Assembly (NCBI GenBank): GCA_026003495.1
Contig: BPHK01000001.1
Coordinates: 940,579-1,004,578, forward strand
DNA length: 64,000 bases
Source of the DNA: Candidatus Kapaibacterium sp.
GTDB taxonomy: Bacteria; Bacteroidota; Ignavibacteria; Kapaibacteriales; NICIL-2
Reading direction: 5' to 3'
In this document: positions 45,580-55,428 of the stretch, one piece after another
Layout of the letters: each line of letters opens with the position of its first letter
Position numbering within the stretch: position 1 is the stretch's first letter
Notes under the pieces: generated by a model
Told to the model about the DNA's origin: nothing
The model's input: only the letters and a program-made list of their open reading frames with translations
The model's database searches: none
Position numbers and translations under genes: made by a program

Positions 45580-46294
45580 ATGGTATTCGATCCGCCTCTG
45601 CGGCTGATAGTTGTCGCGGTTGTGAGTTACTTGCTTGGCTCCTTTCCCAACAGCAGTGGTTGTCAGTCGGGTCTTTTTCGGCTTTGACATCCGAACCCGC
45701 GGCAGTGGGAATATGGGGAGCACCAATGCGTTCCGTGTACTCGGGTGGAAGTGGGGGCTGATCGTTCAAGTGGTGGACGTTCTCAAAGGATTGCTCGCGG
45801 TGACAGTGGTCGCGCATTTGATGGTTGGACAAGCGCTGCCATTTACCAACCGCACCCCGTTCGAGGACATTACCGTTGTGCGTTTGATTGCAGGGACATC
45901 GGCAGTGGTTGGGCACATTTTCAGCATCTTCGTCGGTTTTCGTGGAGGGAAAGGGGTCAATACAGCAGCGGGAATGCTCGTAGGAATCGCTCCGGTTGAA
46001 ATTGGAATTGCGTTTGGTGTGTTCTTGCTCGCTGTTGTGCTTAGCGGATACATTTCGCTTGGTTCTATCTCGGCAGCGATCGCCTTCCCAGGAGCAATGC
46101 TCGTTCGTCACAACGTCTGCGGTTCAGAAATCAACGGCTATCACATCCTCATTTGGTTTGCTTGCATTGTTTCCGCGTTGATCATCTACGCACATCGTAC
46201 GAACATCAAGCGTCTTCTCGAAGGGCAAGAGAATCGGTTCGAGAAGTTGTGGCTCGTTCGCCTGCGATGTTCGCTCCGCCGTACGCAGCACTAA
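45580..46294 (+). CDS. plsY: glycerol-3-phosphate acyltransferase PlsY (N-terminal 23 codons in a different frame: +1 frameshift near 45649)
   Basis: ATG at 45580 gives MVFDPPLRLIVVAVVSYLLGSFP, then the frame breaks; the track ORF 45635..46294 (TTG) continues as TAVVVSRVFFGFDIRTRGSGNMGSTNAFRVLG...; together they give a canonical PlsY. Confidence 0.75.
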
Positions 46295-46315
46295 TTCCAG
46301 CGAGGCATTCGTTCG

Positions 46316-47305
46316 ATGACCATCGGAATTCTGGGAGCAGGCGGCTGGGGCACAGCACTTGCCTGCATCGCTGCCGATAACAGCCATCGGGTGATTCTTT
46401 GGGCGCGAGAATCTGCCGTTGCGGAGACGATCAATAGCAACCGAGAAAATCGCACCTACCTTCCTGGTGTTTCGATCCCATCCTGCGTCGAGGCAACGAG
46501 CGAGGCAAACGCAGTCGCGCACGCAGATCTCGTCGTGCTGGCAATTCCGACTCAACATCTCCGGGGTGCACTGCAAACGTATCGTTTCCCCATTAGTGGG
46601 AAACTCATCGTCAATGCTGCAAAGGGAATCGAGCGCGGCACGCATTTGCGTATTTCGCAAGTGCTCCGCCAGGTCATCGGCGTCGCAAGCGACGACTACG
46701 TCGTCTTGAGCGGCCCCAGCCATGCCGAAGAAGTTGCGCGTGGAGTGCCGACGACGGTCGTCGCAGCTTCCAGTAGCGAGAGCGCAGCCGAAATCGTCCA
46801 GCGTGCGCTTGGTACGCCAAGTTTCCGCATCTACCGTTCGCTCGATGTTGTCGGTGTCGAGCTCGGCGGTGCGCTCAAGAACGTCATCGCAATCGCTGCC
46901 GGGATCATTGATGGGCTCCAAATGGGTGACAACACGAAAGCAGCGCTTGTGACGCGAGGCCTTGCTGAAATTGCTCGACTGGGAACGGAGCTAGGCGCAA
47001 ACCCACTGACGTTCAGCGGGCTGAGCGGCTTGGGCGATCTTTTCGTAACGTGCACGTCACGCCATTCGCGCAATCGTCTCGTCGGTGAACGTATCGGGCG
47101 CGGTGAATCTCTACCAGAGATTCTCGCGAGCATGAAAATGGTTGCCGAGGGAATCGAGACGACGGTCTCTGCACTCGAATTGGCCAGCGATTACGGAATC
47201 GAAATGCCCATCGCCGAGCAAGTGTACTGCATCCTCTTCGAGGGAAAGGATCCTCGCACAGCGATCTCAGAGTTGATGACACGCCAAATCAAGCGTGAGC
47301 ATTAG
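46316..47305 (+). CDS. gpsA: NAD(P)H-dependent glycerol-3-phosphate dehydrogenase
   Basis: MTIGILGAGGWGTALA...; 329 aa; classic plsY-gpsA pairing. Confidence 0.9.
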   Translation: MTIGILGAGGWGTALACIAADNSHRVILWARESAVAETINSNRENRTYLPGVSIPSCVEATSEANAVAHADLVVLAIPTQHLRGALQTYRFPISGKLIVNAAKGIERGTHLRISQVLRQVIGVASDDYVVLSGPSHAEEVARGVPTTVVAASSSESAAEIVQRALGTPSFRIYRSLDVVGVELGGALKNVIAIAAGIIDGLQMGDNTKAALVTRGLAEIARLGTELGANPLTFSGLSGLGDLFVTCTSRHSRNRLVGERIGRGESLPEILASMKMVAEGIETTVSALELASDYGIEMPIAEQVYCILFEGKDPRTAISELMTRQIKREH

Positions 47306-47529
47306 TCTGCGCTCGGTGGGACTGAATCGTCTTGCTCGACCTGCCCGCCAATGGTGATAATGCGCTGGCGGATGGAAGCAAGTTGCTCGCGCAGCCGCTT
47401 TGCTATCGCCATGCCTTCTTCGTAGAGCGCTACAAGCTCCTCGATCGGGCGATCGGCTGCTTCTAACTGTTGCCGTATTTCCTCGAGTCGCCGAAGCTGC
47501 TCGTCAATGGTGGGAGTCTTTTTAGCCAT
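47302..47529 (-). CDS. xseB: exodeoxyribonuclease VII small subunit
   Basis: 75 aa, IDEQLRRLEEIRQQLEAADRPIEELVALYEEGMAIAKRLREQL; 4-nt stop overlap with convergent gpsA. Confidence 0.85.
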   Translation of the reverse strand: MAKKTPTIDEQLRRLEEIRQQLEAADRPIEELVALYEEGMAIAKRLREQLASIRQRIITIGGQVEQDDSVPPSAD

Positions 47530-48739
47530 CGTGCGTTGCTAATTGATAGACAGGATCGAAAACGGATGTGACGCTCGCAGTGGCGCTGTCGCGCAGGCGG
47601 TGAATTCGCAGTTGGTCGCCTGGTGCTAGCTGTTCGATTGCAGGGAGGATACGCCCATCTCGTTCGATGAGCGCAAAGCCACGGTCGAGTGGGCCGAGGG
47701 GGTGGAGTAACGCTATTGCAGAGCGGAGCTGTTCCTGCTGCTGAAGGCAAGTGTCAAGACTGCGTAAGGCAGCTGCACGCAATCGTTCAACGGCGTTTAT
47801 GAGCTGGAAGCGAAGATGCTCGTGGTGCAAGCTCAGCATGCGAGAGGTAGTGGGGGAGAGGAAATCTGCGATGAGCAACTCTGCTTGATCGAGTCGGCTC
47901 GCCAGCGCGGTGCGGGTGCGTTCGACCCAATCATCGAGCCACAAGAGAACGTCTTCGCGGCGAATCGGGGTGCAGAGCTCTGCGGCTGCTGTTGGTGTCG
48001 CAGCGCGGACGTCGGCGACAAAGTCCGCAATGGTGACGTCCGTCTCATGTCCGACTGCGGAAACGATCGGGACACGAGCGCGGAAGATTGCATCAGCGAC
48101 CGTGCGAGTATTGAACGCCCACAGATCCTCGATCGAACCGCCGCCGCGCCCGACGATGATGACGTCACATCCGAATGATTCGAGCTCTGCGAGAGCACGG
48201 GCAATGTCTTCGGCAGCGTCCGCTCCTTGGACGAGCGTCGGGCGGAACACGACCGTTGCCGCTGGGTTGCGTCGTTCCAGCGTCGTGAGAATATCGCGTA
48301 TCGCTGCGCCACTGGGCGAAGTTGCCACTCCGATAATCTGCGGCAAGCGTGGGAGCCGTCGCTTGCGCTCTGGATCGAAATAGCCCGCTGCTGCAAGCTC
48401 TTTTTTGAGCTGTTCGAAGGCAAGGTAGAGATCGCCAACCCCTGCAGGCTGGACCGACCAACAGTCAATTTGGTAGTTTCCCTGCAGCGGATAGACGCTC
48501 AACCGTCCGCGCACCTTGACCTGCATGCCATCCTGGAGCTCGAAAGGAACTGTCCGTCCACGCCAGAGGACGCATCGAATTTGTGCGCCTTCGTCCTTGA
48601 GCGTAAAGTAGCGATGGCCTGACTGGTGACGCTTGTAGTTGGAGACTTCGCCGAGGACGTGCACAAGCGGGAATTCTTCCTCCAGGACCTGGCTGATCGC
48701 TTGTGTCAGGAGCGATACTGTTAGCACGTGTTCATTCAT
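47522..48739 (-). CDS. xseA: exodeoxyribonuclease VII large subunit
   Basis: ORF 47522..48811 trimmed to MNEHVLTVSLLTQAISQVLEEEFPLVHVLGEVSNYKRHQSGHRYFTLKDE; OB-fold plus catalytic domain; overlaps xseB by 8 nt. Confidence 0.85.
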   Translation of the reverse strand: MNEHVLTVSLLTQAISQVLEEEFPLVHVLGEVSNYKRHQSGHRYFTLKDEGAQIRCVLWRGRTVPFELQDGMQVKVRGRLSVYPLQGNYQIDCWSVQPAGVGDLYLAFEQLKKELAAAGYFDPERKRRLPRLPQIIGVATSPSGAAIRDILTTLERRNPAATVVFRPTLVQGADAAEDIARALAELESFGCDVIIVGRGGGSIEDLWAFNTRTVADAIFRARVPIVSAVGHETDVTIADFVADVRAATPTAAAELCTPIRREDVLLWLDDWVERTRTALASRLDQAELLIADFLSPTTSRMLSLHHEHLRFQLINAVERLRAAALRSLDTCLQQQEQLRSAIALLHPLGPLDRGFALIERDGRILPAIEQLAPGDQLRIHRLRDSATASVTSVFDPVYQLATHDG

Positions 48740-48781
48740 GATGTGCAAATTAGTAGTTGCTGCACAACGTCGAGTGTATCC

Positions 48782-49258
48782 ATGCGGATTGGCTTTGGTG
48801 TGGATGTTCACCGATTCGCACGCGGCGATCGGTTGATGTTAGGCGGTGTCGAGGTTCCTGCGCCCTACGGCGTCAAGGCGCACAGCGATGGAGACGTAGT
48901 CCTCCATGCGCTCTGCGATGCGTTGCTCGGTGCAGCAGCGCTCGGCGATATTGGCGAGCATTTCCCCGATTCAGATCCACAGTGGCGGAACATGCCGAGC
49001 GGACGCTTTGTCGAGCGCGTTGTCGAGCTTCTCGCCAAGCGCTCGTTCCGCGTGGTCAACGTAGATGTCAGTCTCCTGCTCGAGACGCCAAAGATCACAC
49101 CCTATAAACGCGCGATGCGGGAGAACATTGCTGCGCTTTGTCGTATTGCGCCCGAAGCAGTTTCGATCAAAGCAACGACGAGCGAGCAAATTGGCTTTGT
49201 TGGTCGTAAGGAAGGGCTTGCCGCATATTGTGTCTGCCTCATCGAGGAAGTGTCGTGA
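48782..49258 (+). CDS. ispF: 2-C-methyl-D-erythritol 2,4-cyclodiphosphate synthase
   Basis: MRIGFGVDVHRF...HSDGDVVLHALCDALLGA...; 158 aa. Confidence 0.9.
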   Translation: MRIGFGVDVHRFARGDRLMLGGVEVPAPYGVKAHSDGDVVLHALCDALLGAAALGDIGEHFPDSDPQWRNMPSGRFVERVVELLAKRSFRVVNVDVSLLLETPKITPYKRAMRENIAALCRIAPEAVSIKATTSEQIGFVGRKEGLAAYCVCLIEEVS

Positions 49259-51339
49259 GATGGGTTGCGCTGGTAATTGGTGCTGCTCTGCTCGGGAGCT
49301 GCTCCTCTCCAGAGGAAAGGTGGTACCGCTTGCAGGTTGAATGTGCAGAGGTTCCTGATGCCACTGGACTCCGAGTACCTGCATATTCTCAGAGCGGCGC
49401 CCTGCTCGGCTACAATGAGGATCGCCATGCCATCGTCCAGCGTTCGAAGCAGGGAGAGCAAGTGTTGCTTGAGCTCCGCGATAGTGTCCTCGATGTTACC
49501 TGGGACGGTGAGCACTACATCCTCGCACTGCAAGTTGGCGATAGCATCAGAATCCTTCACTTCGAGAGAAATCGCACCCTCCGATTGCGCTGCCAGTGTG
49601 TCGGGCATGGAGGACGTTTTCTCCCTGCCGATCGTTCTGCACGATGGGCATGGCTATCGAGCGACGGGCAAATCGTTGTGCACTATGGTGACGAGAAGAT
49701 TGCTGCTGAGCCCGGCCGCATTATCGTTCGCGACGGCGCGAAGCTGTTCTATGCCACAAGCGATACGACGCTTGTCGTGCTCGATGGTGGCGGCGATCGC
49801 TTGCCGGACATTGTCGTCTGGGAAGGAATCGCAGTGAACTCTGGGCAGAAGCGATTCTCGGGAGTTGTCCCAGCCAAGCTCGACCACGTCGCTGCCACTG
49901 CACACGTGGCAGCGGCGATTGTACGTGCAGGCGAAAGCTACGCTATCGAATGGTACCGTCCGACAGCGCAAGGGGACGTTGTCTTCGAAGCGCAAACCTT
50001 GTTGCCACAGAGGCTCCTGGAGCCGAAGGGAATGCTGCTTTCCGGTGATACTGCCGTCGCTGTCTTTGGCAGTGGCGTTGCTGTTGCAACGGAGAGAAGT
50101 GTTCTTGCAGTCTCCACCAGTACTGGTGCATTGAGGTTGCGCGGTGTACAGTCTGCTGTGCAGCAGGACGGTCGCATCCTGATCAGCGATGGTAGCCGTG
50201 CCATTGTGCTTGCATTTGGCACAAATCCATGGTGGTGGGTGGAACGAAGTGTGCCGATACTCTACCGCATTGCACTTGCGCTCATTGGTATCGTCGTCTT
50301 CGTTGGAATTGTCAGTCGCATCGGTCGCTATCGGCGACTGGTGGGCGCACTACTTGAGAAAGGCTCGCGCGGTGCGCTGATTGTCGTTGATCGCCACGGT
50401 CGTGTGCGGCGGCTCAATTCCGTTGCGCGTCTGTGGCTTGGGATCGAACGAGGAACGCCGCTGGGGCGGCCGCTTGCGCAGTACTTGCGCCAGCACTGGG
50501 TGCCGCTTGGGGAGATCATTGAGCAGTCACTTTCGCTTCGTTCTGGCATTGTGCGCGAGGTTGCCATCACATCCGATGGTACTGAACAGCGATTCATCGT
50601 TACGGCTGAACCGCTCTATGGCTTGTTTACTCGGTTTGAAGGTCTGCTTCTTTCCCTGTGGGATGTTACGCCGCAGTATCAGCAATGGCAGCTTCTCAAT
50701 TGGGCGCAGTTGGCGCATGATTTGCAGACGTCCGTGACCACGATTCGCCTCGATGCTGAGCAGCTTGCTAGCGTAGTAATGCCAAATGGACGTCAGCTGC
50801 AACAGCGGATCCTCCGTCAGGCAACTACGCTTCTGCAACGCTTCCGCGATTTGTTAGCGCTGGGTCGTGGTGAAGAGGCGGCGCTCGAAGAATACGCCGT
50901 TGCAGAACTCTTCGCTGAAGTTGTTAGCGATCTCGAAGCGGTCGTTCCTGCACAGATTTCGCTTGTGATTCGTCCTACACCGCTGGTTGTCAGACTCGAT
51001 CGCCGCCGTATCCTGCGCGCACTGCACAATGCAGTTACCAACGCGATCCGTGCGATTGGTTCGCGTGAAGGAATAGTGGAGCTCTCCGCAACACTTGCAG
51101 CCGAGAGCATCATCCTGGCTGTGCGCGATACGGGCGTTGGCATGGATGAAGAGACGTGTCGGAAGATGCAGCAGCCACTGTTTACAACACACCGCGCAGG
51201 TCACGGGTTAGGTTCGGTAATCATGCAGCAGATGGTGCGAGCACACGGCGGATGGATCGAGGTTCGCTCGCGCCTTGGCGAAGGGACGACCGTTATGTTT
51301 CACTTGCCACGTTCGCTCTATGTACGACACCAGCGTTGA
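49255..51339 (+). CDS. sensor histidine kinase with large periplasmic beta-propeller-like domain (signal peptide, TM, PAS, HisKA, HATPase_c)
   Basis: GTG start overlapping the ispF stop (GTGA); TM ILYRIALALIGIVVFVGIV; H-box LAHDLQTSVTTI; N/G boxes LHNAVTNAIRA, DTGVGMD, GHGLGSVI; no response regulator adjacent. Confidence 0.8.
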   Translation: MRWVALVIGAALLGSCSSPEERWYRLQVECAEVPDATGLRVPAYSQSGALLGYNEDRHAIVQRSKQGEQVLLELRDSVLDVTWDGEHYILALQVGDSIRILHFERNRTLRLRCQCVGHGGRFLPADRSARWAWLSSDGQIVVHYGDEKIAAEPGRIIVRDGAKLFYATSDTTLVVLDGGGDRLPDIVVWEGIAVNSGQKRFSGVVPAKLDHVAATAHVAAAIVRAGESYAIEWYRPTAQGDVVFEAQTLLPQRLLEPKGMLLSGDTAVAVFGSGVAVATERSVLAVSTSTGALRLRGVQSAVQQDGRILISDGSRAIVLAFGTNPWWWVERSVPILYRIALALIGIVVFVGIVSRIGRYRRLVGALLEKGSRGALIVVDRHGRVRRLNSVARLWLGIERGTPLGRPLAQYLRQHWVPLGEIIEQSLSLRSGIVREVAITSDGTEQRFIVTAEPLYGLFTRFEGLLLSLWDVTPQYQQWQLLNWAQLAHDLQTSVTTIRLDAEQLASVVMPNGRQLQQRILRQATTLLQRFRDLLALGRGEEAALEEYAVAELFAEVVSDLEAVVPAQISLVIRPTPLVVRLDRRRILRALHNAVTNAIRAIGSREGIVELSATLAAESIILAVRDTGVGMDEETCRKMQQPLFTTHRAGHGLGSVIMQQMVRAHGGWIEVRSRLGEGTTVMFHLPRSLYVRHQR

Positions 51340-51784
51340 CCCACGTTCGCTCCGAAGCATTGTCCATCGCCGCCGAGGTGCTGCGTTCGACTATGGGACC
51401 AAACGCATAGGGTGGGCTGTGTGCGATGAGTATCACGTCACCATTACGCCAAAGGGGATGTTCGATCGTCAGTCGCCCTCGTTGTGGGATGATATTCTCG
51501 AAGCTCTCGAGCGTGAACGCATCGGGTTTTGTTTGGTTGGCGTCCCACTTCGCGATGACGGAACGATTCCACCGGTGACGTTCGAGATTGATCGCTTTTC
51601 TCGTGAGCTCGAAGAACGCAGCAGCCTGCCCGTGATCCTGGTGGATGAGTCGTTTAGCTCACGCCGTGCGGTAGCGACTATGCTCGAAATTGGCGATCGG
51701 CGGAGCACACGCCGACGGCGCGGCAGAACTGATGAAATTGCCGCAGCACTGATACTACGCGATTTTCTCGAAGATGCAGGATGA
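51320..51784 (+). CDS. ruvX: Holliday-junction-resolvase-like pre-16S rRNA nuclease
   Basis: ORF 51275 trimmed to the internal MYDTSVD...; AFDYGTKRIGWAVCDE motif of YqgF/RuvX. Confidence 0.85.
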   Translation: MYDTSVDPRSLRSIVHRRRGAAFDYGTKRIGWAVCDEYHVTITPKGMFDRQSPSLWDDILEALERERIGFCLVGVPLRDDGTIPPVTFEIDRFSRELEERSSLPVILVDESFSSRRAVATMLEIGDRRSTRRRRGRTDEIAAALILRDFLEDAG

Positions 51785-53121
51785 AACAGCTCCTGGTTCT
51801 ACTAGTGCTGGTGAGCGTTGTTGGTATGTGGTCACAGCCGCGGCAGCGGTACGAGCAACCGGTGGTCACGCCTGTTTCGAACGTTGTTGGGATTCTCCAC
51901 GCGTTTCCCAGCCAGTCCCCGGATTCGAGCCAGTGTATCATCGGTTATCGTGTAGCTCTCGGGGACTTGCTCTTTCACCAGCGAAACAGCACTGTGGGCG
52001 AATTCGTTGCCTCATACACTGCTACCATCGAGCTGCGTGATACACTCGGGGTAGTTCGATATGCGCGAGTGTTCCGCGATAGCGTCGTCCGTCGCACGCT
52101 ACCGGATCGGTTCAGTCCCGATGCAACAGCGAACCTGGACACAGTCACTCTCGCCAATGGGACCTACGCAGTTAGTGTGGACATCATGCAGGAGCAGCGC
52201 CAGCGTATGCTTTGGCAATCGAGTGTTACGCTTGGTTCGACACCCGCGCTTTTGGCGTCAGCATCGCTCGCATTTGCATCTACGCTCGAGCATGACGCTC
52301 GGATCTGCTTGGAGCCATGGGGAGGTGTGATTCCGTTCGGCACGCGGTGGGTTTGGGCACTCTGCGTAGTTCCCCGTTCTTGGAGCGGACGCGATGAGTT
52401 GACTGTTCAGGCGCGGCTTGTTCATCAATACTACCCGTTCTACCGCGGAGAGGACACTGTCGTGGTCACACCACCTGCTACCGATGACCGGAGCACCTTT
52501 GTGCGTCCGGTCGGAGTCATCGAACCGGATGTGCAGCAACGACGAGCATGCCTTGCGCTCCTGCCATCGAGCCAGCTACGGCTGGTCGAAGCGCTGCTTG
52601 ATCTACGACGTGCGATACCTGGCGATTACGTGCTCGACGTCATCCGCCCTTCGACGCGGGATACACTCCATTTGTCCTTTCGCATTCAATGGTTTGCTCC
52701 TCCAGTCCAGTTGTTCCAGAGTCGCTACGCACTGGCGGTTATGCAGTATGTCCTGCCTGACGACGAGTACCGCACGCTTGCTGATACACCGGATTCTGAT
52801 CGGGTCGCTGCCATTATCCGATGGTGGCAGTCGCAGGACCCAACGCCAGCGACGCGCTACAACGAAGCGATGGTTGAGTACTTCCGCCGTGCCCTCCAAG
52901 CCCGAAGCAGCTATGCTACTGCAACAGAATCCGATGGCGCGCTCACCGAGCGTGGAAAGATTTTCATCCTCTTCGGAGCACCCTCCCGTGTCGAGACAGA
53001 CTTAGAGCCAGGCAGACCCGGGGTGGAGATTTGGTACTACACCAATGCTGTGCGCAAGCGGTTTACGTTCGAGGTCGGCCAGCAAGGTCGCTATCGCCTC
53101 CGGAAGATCGAGTCGCTATGA
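51781..53121 (+). CDS. GWxTD-domain-like secreted protein (hypothetical)
   Basis: 446 aa; signal peptide MKQLLVLLVLVSVVGMWS; C-terminal GALTERGKIFILFGAPSRVE...EIWYY resembles the GWxTDRGxIYxLYGxP signature (W to A, D to E variant). Confidence 0.45.
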   Translation: MKQLLVLLVLVSVVGMWSQPRQRYEQPVVTPVSNVVGILHAFPSQSPDSSQCIIGYRVALGDLLFHQRNSTVGEFVASYTATIELRDTLGVVRYARVFRDSVVRRTLPDRFSPDATANLDTVTLANGTYAVSVDIMQEQRQRMLWQSSVTLGSTPALLASASLAFASTLEHDARICLEPWGGVIPFGTRWVWALCVVPRSWSGRDELTVQARLVHQYYPFYRGEDTVVVTPPATDDRSTFVRPVGVIEPDVQQRRACLALLPSSQLRLVEALLDLRRAIPGDYVLDVIRPSTRDTLHLSFRIQWFAPPVQLFQSRYALAVMQYVLPDDEYRTLADTPDSDRVAAIIRWWQSQDPTPATRYNEAMVEYFRRALQARSSYATATESDGALTERGKIFILFGAPSRVETDLEPGRPGVEIWYYTNAVRKRFTFEVGQQGRYRLRKIESL

Positions 53122-53499
53122 TGGCTCCCAGTCGTCGCCACCGCAAGGGATGTAGTCCGGGCGAACGTGCTCATCGTAGAGCTGGCAGAACTGCCCGCTA
53201 TCGTTGTAGTGACGGCACGAGCTGCAGAGCAGCTCTTCCTCGAGAGCCTGGGTGTGGTTGCTGAACACGACAAACTGCCGATAGGCTGGATAGACGGCGT
53301 ATCCCCACAAAAGTGCCAGCGAGAGCGGGATGGAAAGCTCGATTCCGCCGTAGTACCAGATCGCAAATCCCGCAAGGATGACCACAAACGAACGTATCAG
53401 CCCTCCGAGCACAATCGTACCCATCGACAGGCGTGGTGAGCCTTCTGCATCGTAGTACCCACGACGGACGAGAAGTTGGTCAACGAGAACGTCGAGCAT
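53116..53499 (-). CDS. small membrane protein with C-terminal Cys-rich (zinc-ribbon-like) tail, hypothetical
   Basis: ORF 53116..53610 trimmed to MLDVLVD...; two TM helices, then CSSCRHYNDSGQFCQLYDEHVRPDYIPCGGDDW. Confidence 0.3.
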   Translation of the reverse strand: MLDVLVDQLLVRRGYYDAEGSPRLSMGTIVLGGLIRSFVVILAGFAIWYYGGIELSIPLSLALLWGYAVYPAYRQFVVFSNHTQALEEELLCSSCRHYNDSGQFCQLYDEHVRPDYIPCGGDDWEPS

Positions 53500-53566
53500 A
53501 GCAAGTGGTGTATTTTCGCTGCGGTCATCTGCACGCGCCAAATTACTGCAGGCATACGTCCGCGCA

Positions 53567-55414
53567 ATGGAACAACCGCAGATTTCAGTCCTCCCCGACC
53601 ACATCGCCAATCAAATTGCTGCCGGCGAAGTTGTCCAGCGCCCCGAATCGGTGGTCAAAGAGCTGGTCGAAAACGCACTCGACGCTGGGGCTTCTTCGGT
53701 GGCTGTCTTCGTGCGGGAGGGAGGGAAGGCGCTCGTTCATGTGCTCGATGATGGTAGCGGCATGAGCCGCGCAGATCTGGAGCTGGCGCTCCGGCGGCAT
53801 GCCACTTCGAAGATTCGTTCGCTCGATGATCTCCGGCGACTGCAAACGCTTGGCTTCCGTGGCGAAGCACTCGCTTCAATCGCATCGGTTGCCGACGTCG
53901 AGATCCTCACACGTCGCCACAGCGATGCACACGGCTGGCGATTGCTCAGCTCGCCGCTCAAATCGCAACGAATCGAACCGGCAGAAGCTCCGCCTGGCAC
54001 GCAGGTCATCGTCCGCAATCTTTTCTTCACTGTTCCTGCGCGCCGAAAATTTCTGCGTACTGACGCCACAGAGCTGCGCTATATCAGCGAGACGATGATC
54101 CGCTATGGGCTAAGCTATCCAGACCGCACGTGGAAGTTCCACGACGGGGGCGGGGTAGTCTTCGATTTGGTGCCACAGCCACTGCTCGAACGCATCAGCG
54201 CACTCTTCGGCAGCGAGGTAGCCGCAAGTCTCATACCGGTGGACTACCAAACTGATGTTGTCCGCATTGAAGGATACATCGGGCTGCCGGCGATTGCGCG
54301 GACGACGAAAGCATCGCAGTACCTGTTTCTCAACCATCGCCCGATCGTCAGTCGTGCGCTTGTGCATGCGATCTACCAGGGCTATGAGCACCTGCTCGAT
54401 AAAACCGAGCATCCGTTCTTTGTGCTCTTTTTGTGGCTCGATCCAGAACGTGTGGACGTCAACGTCCATCCACAAAAGCACGAGGTAAAGTTCGACGACG
54501 AGCGCGCGATGTACCACGCTGTACATGAGGCAGTGCTGCAAAGTATGCGAGAACATGGGCTGGTCCCAACACTCCGTGTGGAGAGCATCGAAGCAGCTGC
54601 GCCACTTGTGGCTGTGCCATCAGGAGCTGTTACTCCGCCGCTTGTGGTCAATCGGCTCACGGGGGAAATCGTACCGCTCCAGGAGCAACCCTTGCGGCGC
54701 TCTCCAACGCAGCGGTCAAATCAGCCGACGCTTCGAACGGAACGACCTGCATGGCAACCTGCAAGAGTAGAACAGCTGGAGCAGCTGCTTCAGCCTGTGT
54801 CTCCGCCTCAGCAGTCGCTGAGCATCGAGCAGCCCCAATCACGACGGTTCTGGCAGATGCACAACAAGTACATCTTCGTTCAAACCGACGATGGCATCAT
54901 GATCATTGACCAGCACATTGCCCATGAACGCATCCTTTACGAACGCGCGCTCGATGCGATGGAGCGTGCTGCTGGGGATCGCTCGCAACGTTTGATGTTC
55001 CCCGTAACTGTTCAGCTCACTGCTGCTGAGCGCGCGATTTATTGCGAACTGGAAGATGATCTCCATCGCTTAGGGTACGAGTCACGACTTACAGCTGACG
55101 GAGCATCAGTCGAGCTACTTGCTGTGCCTGTCGAGATTCGAGCAGGGAGCGAGGCAGCCTCGCTCCGTGAAATTTTGGAGCAGTACGCAGAATATCAAAC
55201 GATCCGTCCAGCAGCAGCACGCGATAACCTGGCGGCATCGTTCGGATGCCGTGCCGCAATCAAAGCTGGCGACCCCTTGACGCAGGAGGAAATGCAACAG
55301 CTCATCGAGGACCTTTTCCGCTGTCGAACCCCAGAGGTCTGCCCACACGGCCGGCCTGTCATGATTCATTTCCCGCTGCGGGAGCTCGATCGTCGGTTCG
55401 GACGTACCTCGTAG
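53567..55414 (+). CDS. mutL: DNA mismatch repair protein MutL
   Basis: IANQIAAGEVVQRPESVVKELVENALDAGAS GHKL-ATPase N-terminus; C-terminal dimerisation domain. Confidence 0.9.
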   Translation: MEQPQISVLPDHIANQIAAGEVVQRPESVVKELVENALDAGASSVAVFVREGGKALVHVLDDGSGMSRADLELALRRHATSKIRSLDDLRRLQTLGFRGEALASIASVADVEILTRRHSDAHGWRLLSSPLKSQRIEPAEAPPGTQVIVRNLFFTVPARRKFLRTDATELRYISETMIRYGLSYPDRTWKFHDGGGVVFDLVPQPLLERISALFGSEVAASLIPVDYQTDVVRIEGYIGLPAIARTTKASQYLFLNHRPIVSRALVHAIYQGYEHLLDKTEHPFFVLFLWLDPERVDVNVHPQKHEVKFDDERAMYHAVHEAVLQSMREHGLVPTLRVESIEAAAPLVAVPSGAVTPPLVVNRLTGEIVPLQEQPLRRSPTQRSNQPTLRTERPAWQPARVEQLEQLLQPVSPPQQSLSIEQPQSRRFWQMHNKYIFVQTDDGIMIIDQHIAHERILYERALDAMERAAGDRSQRLMFPVTVQLTAAERAIYCELEDDLHRLGYESRLTADGASVELLAVPVEIRAGSEAASLREILEQYAEYQTIRPAAARDNLAASFGCRAAIKAGDPLTQEEMQQLIEDLFRCRTPEVCPHGRPVMIHFPLRELDRRFGRTS

Positions 55415-55428
55415 CCCCTGGCTCGATG

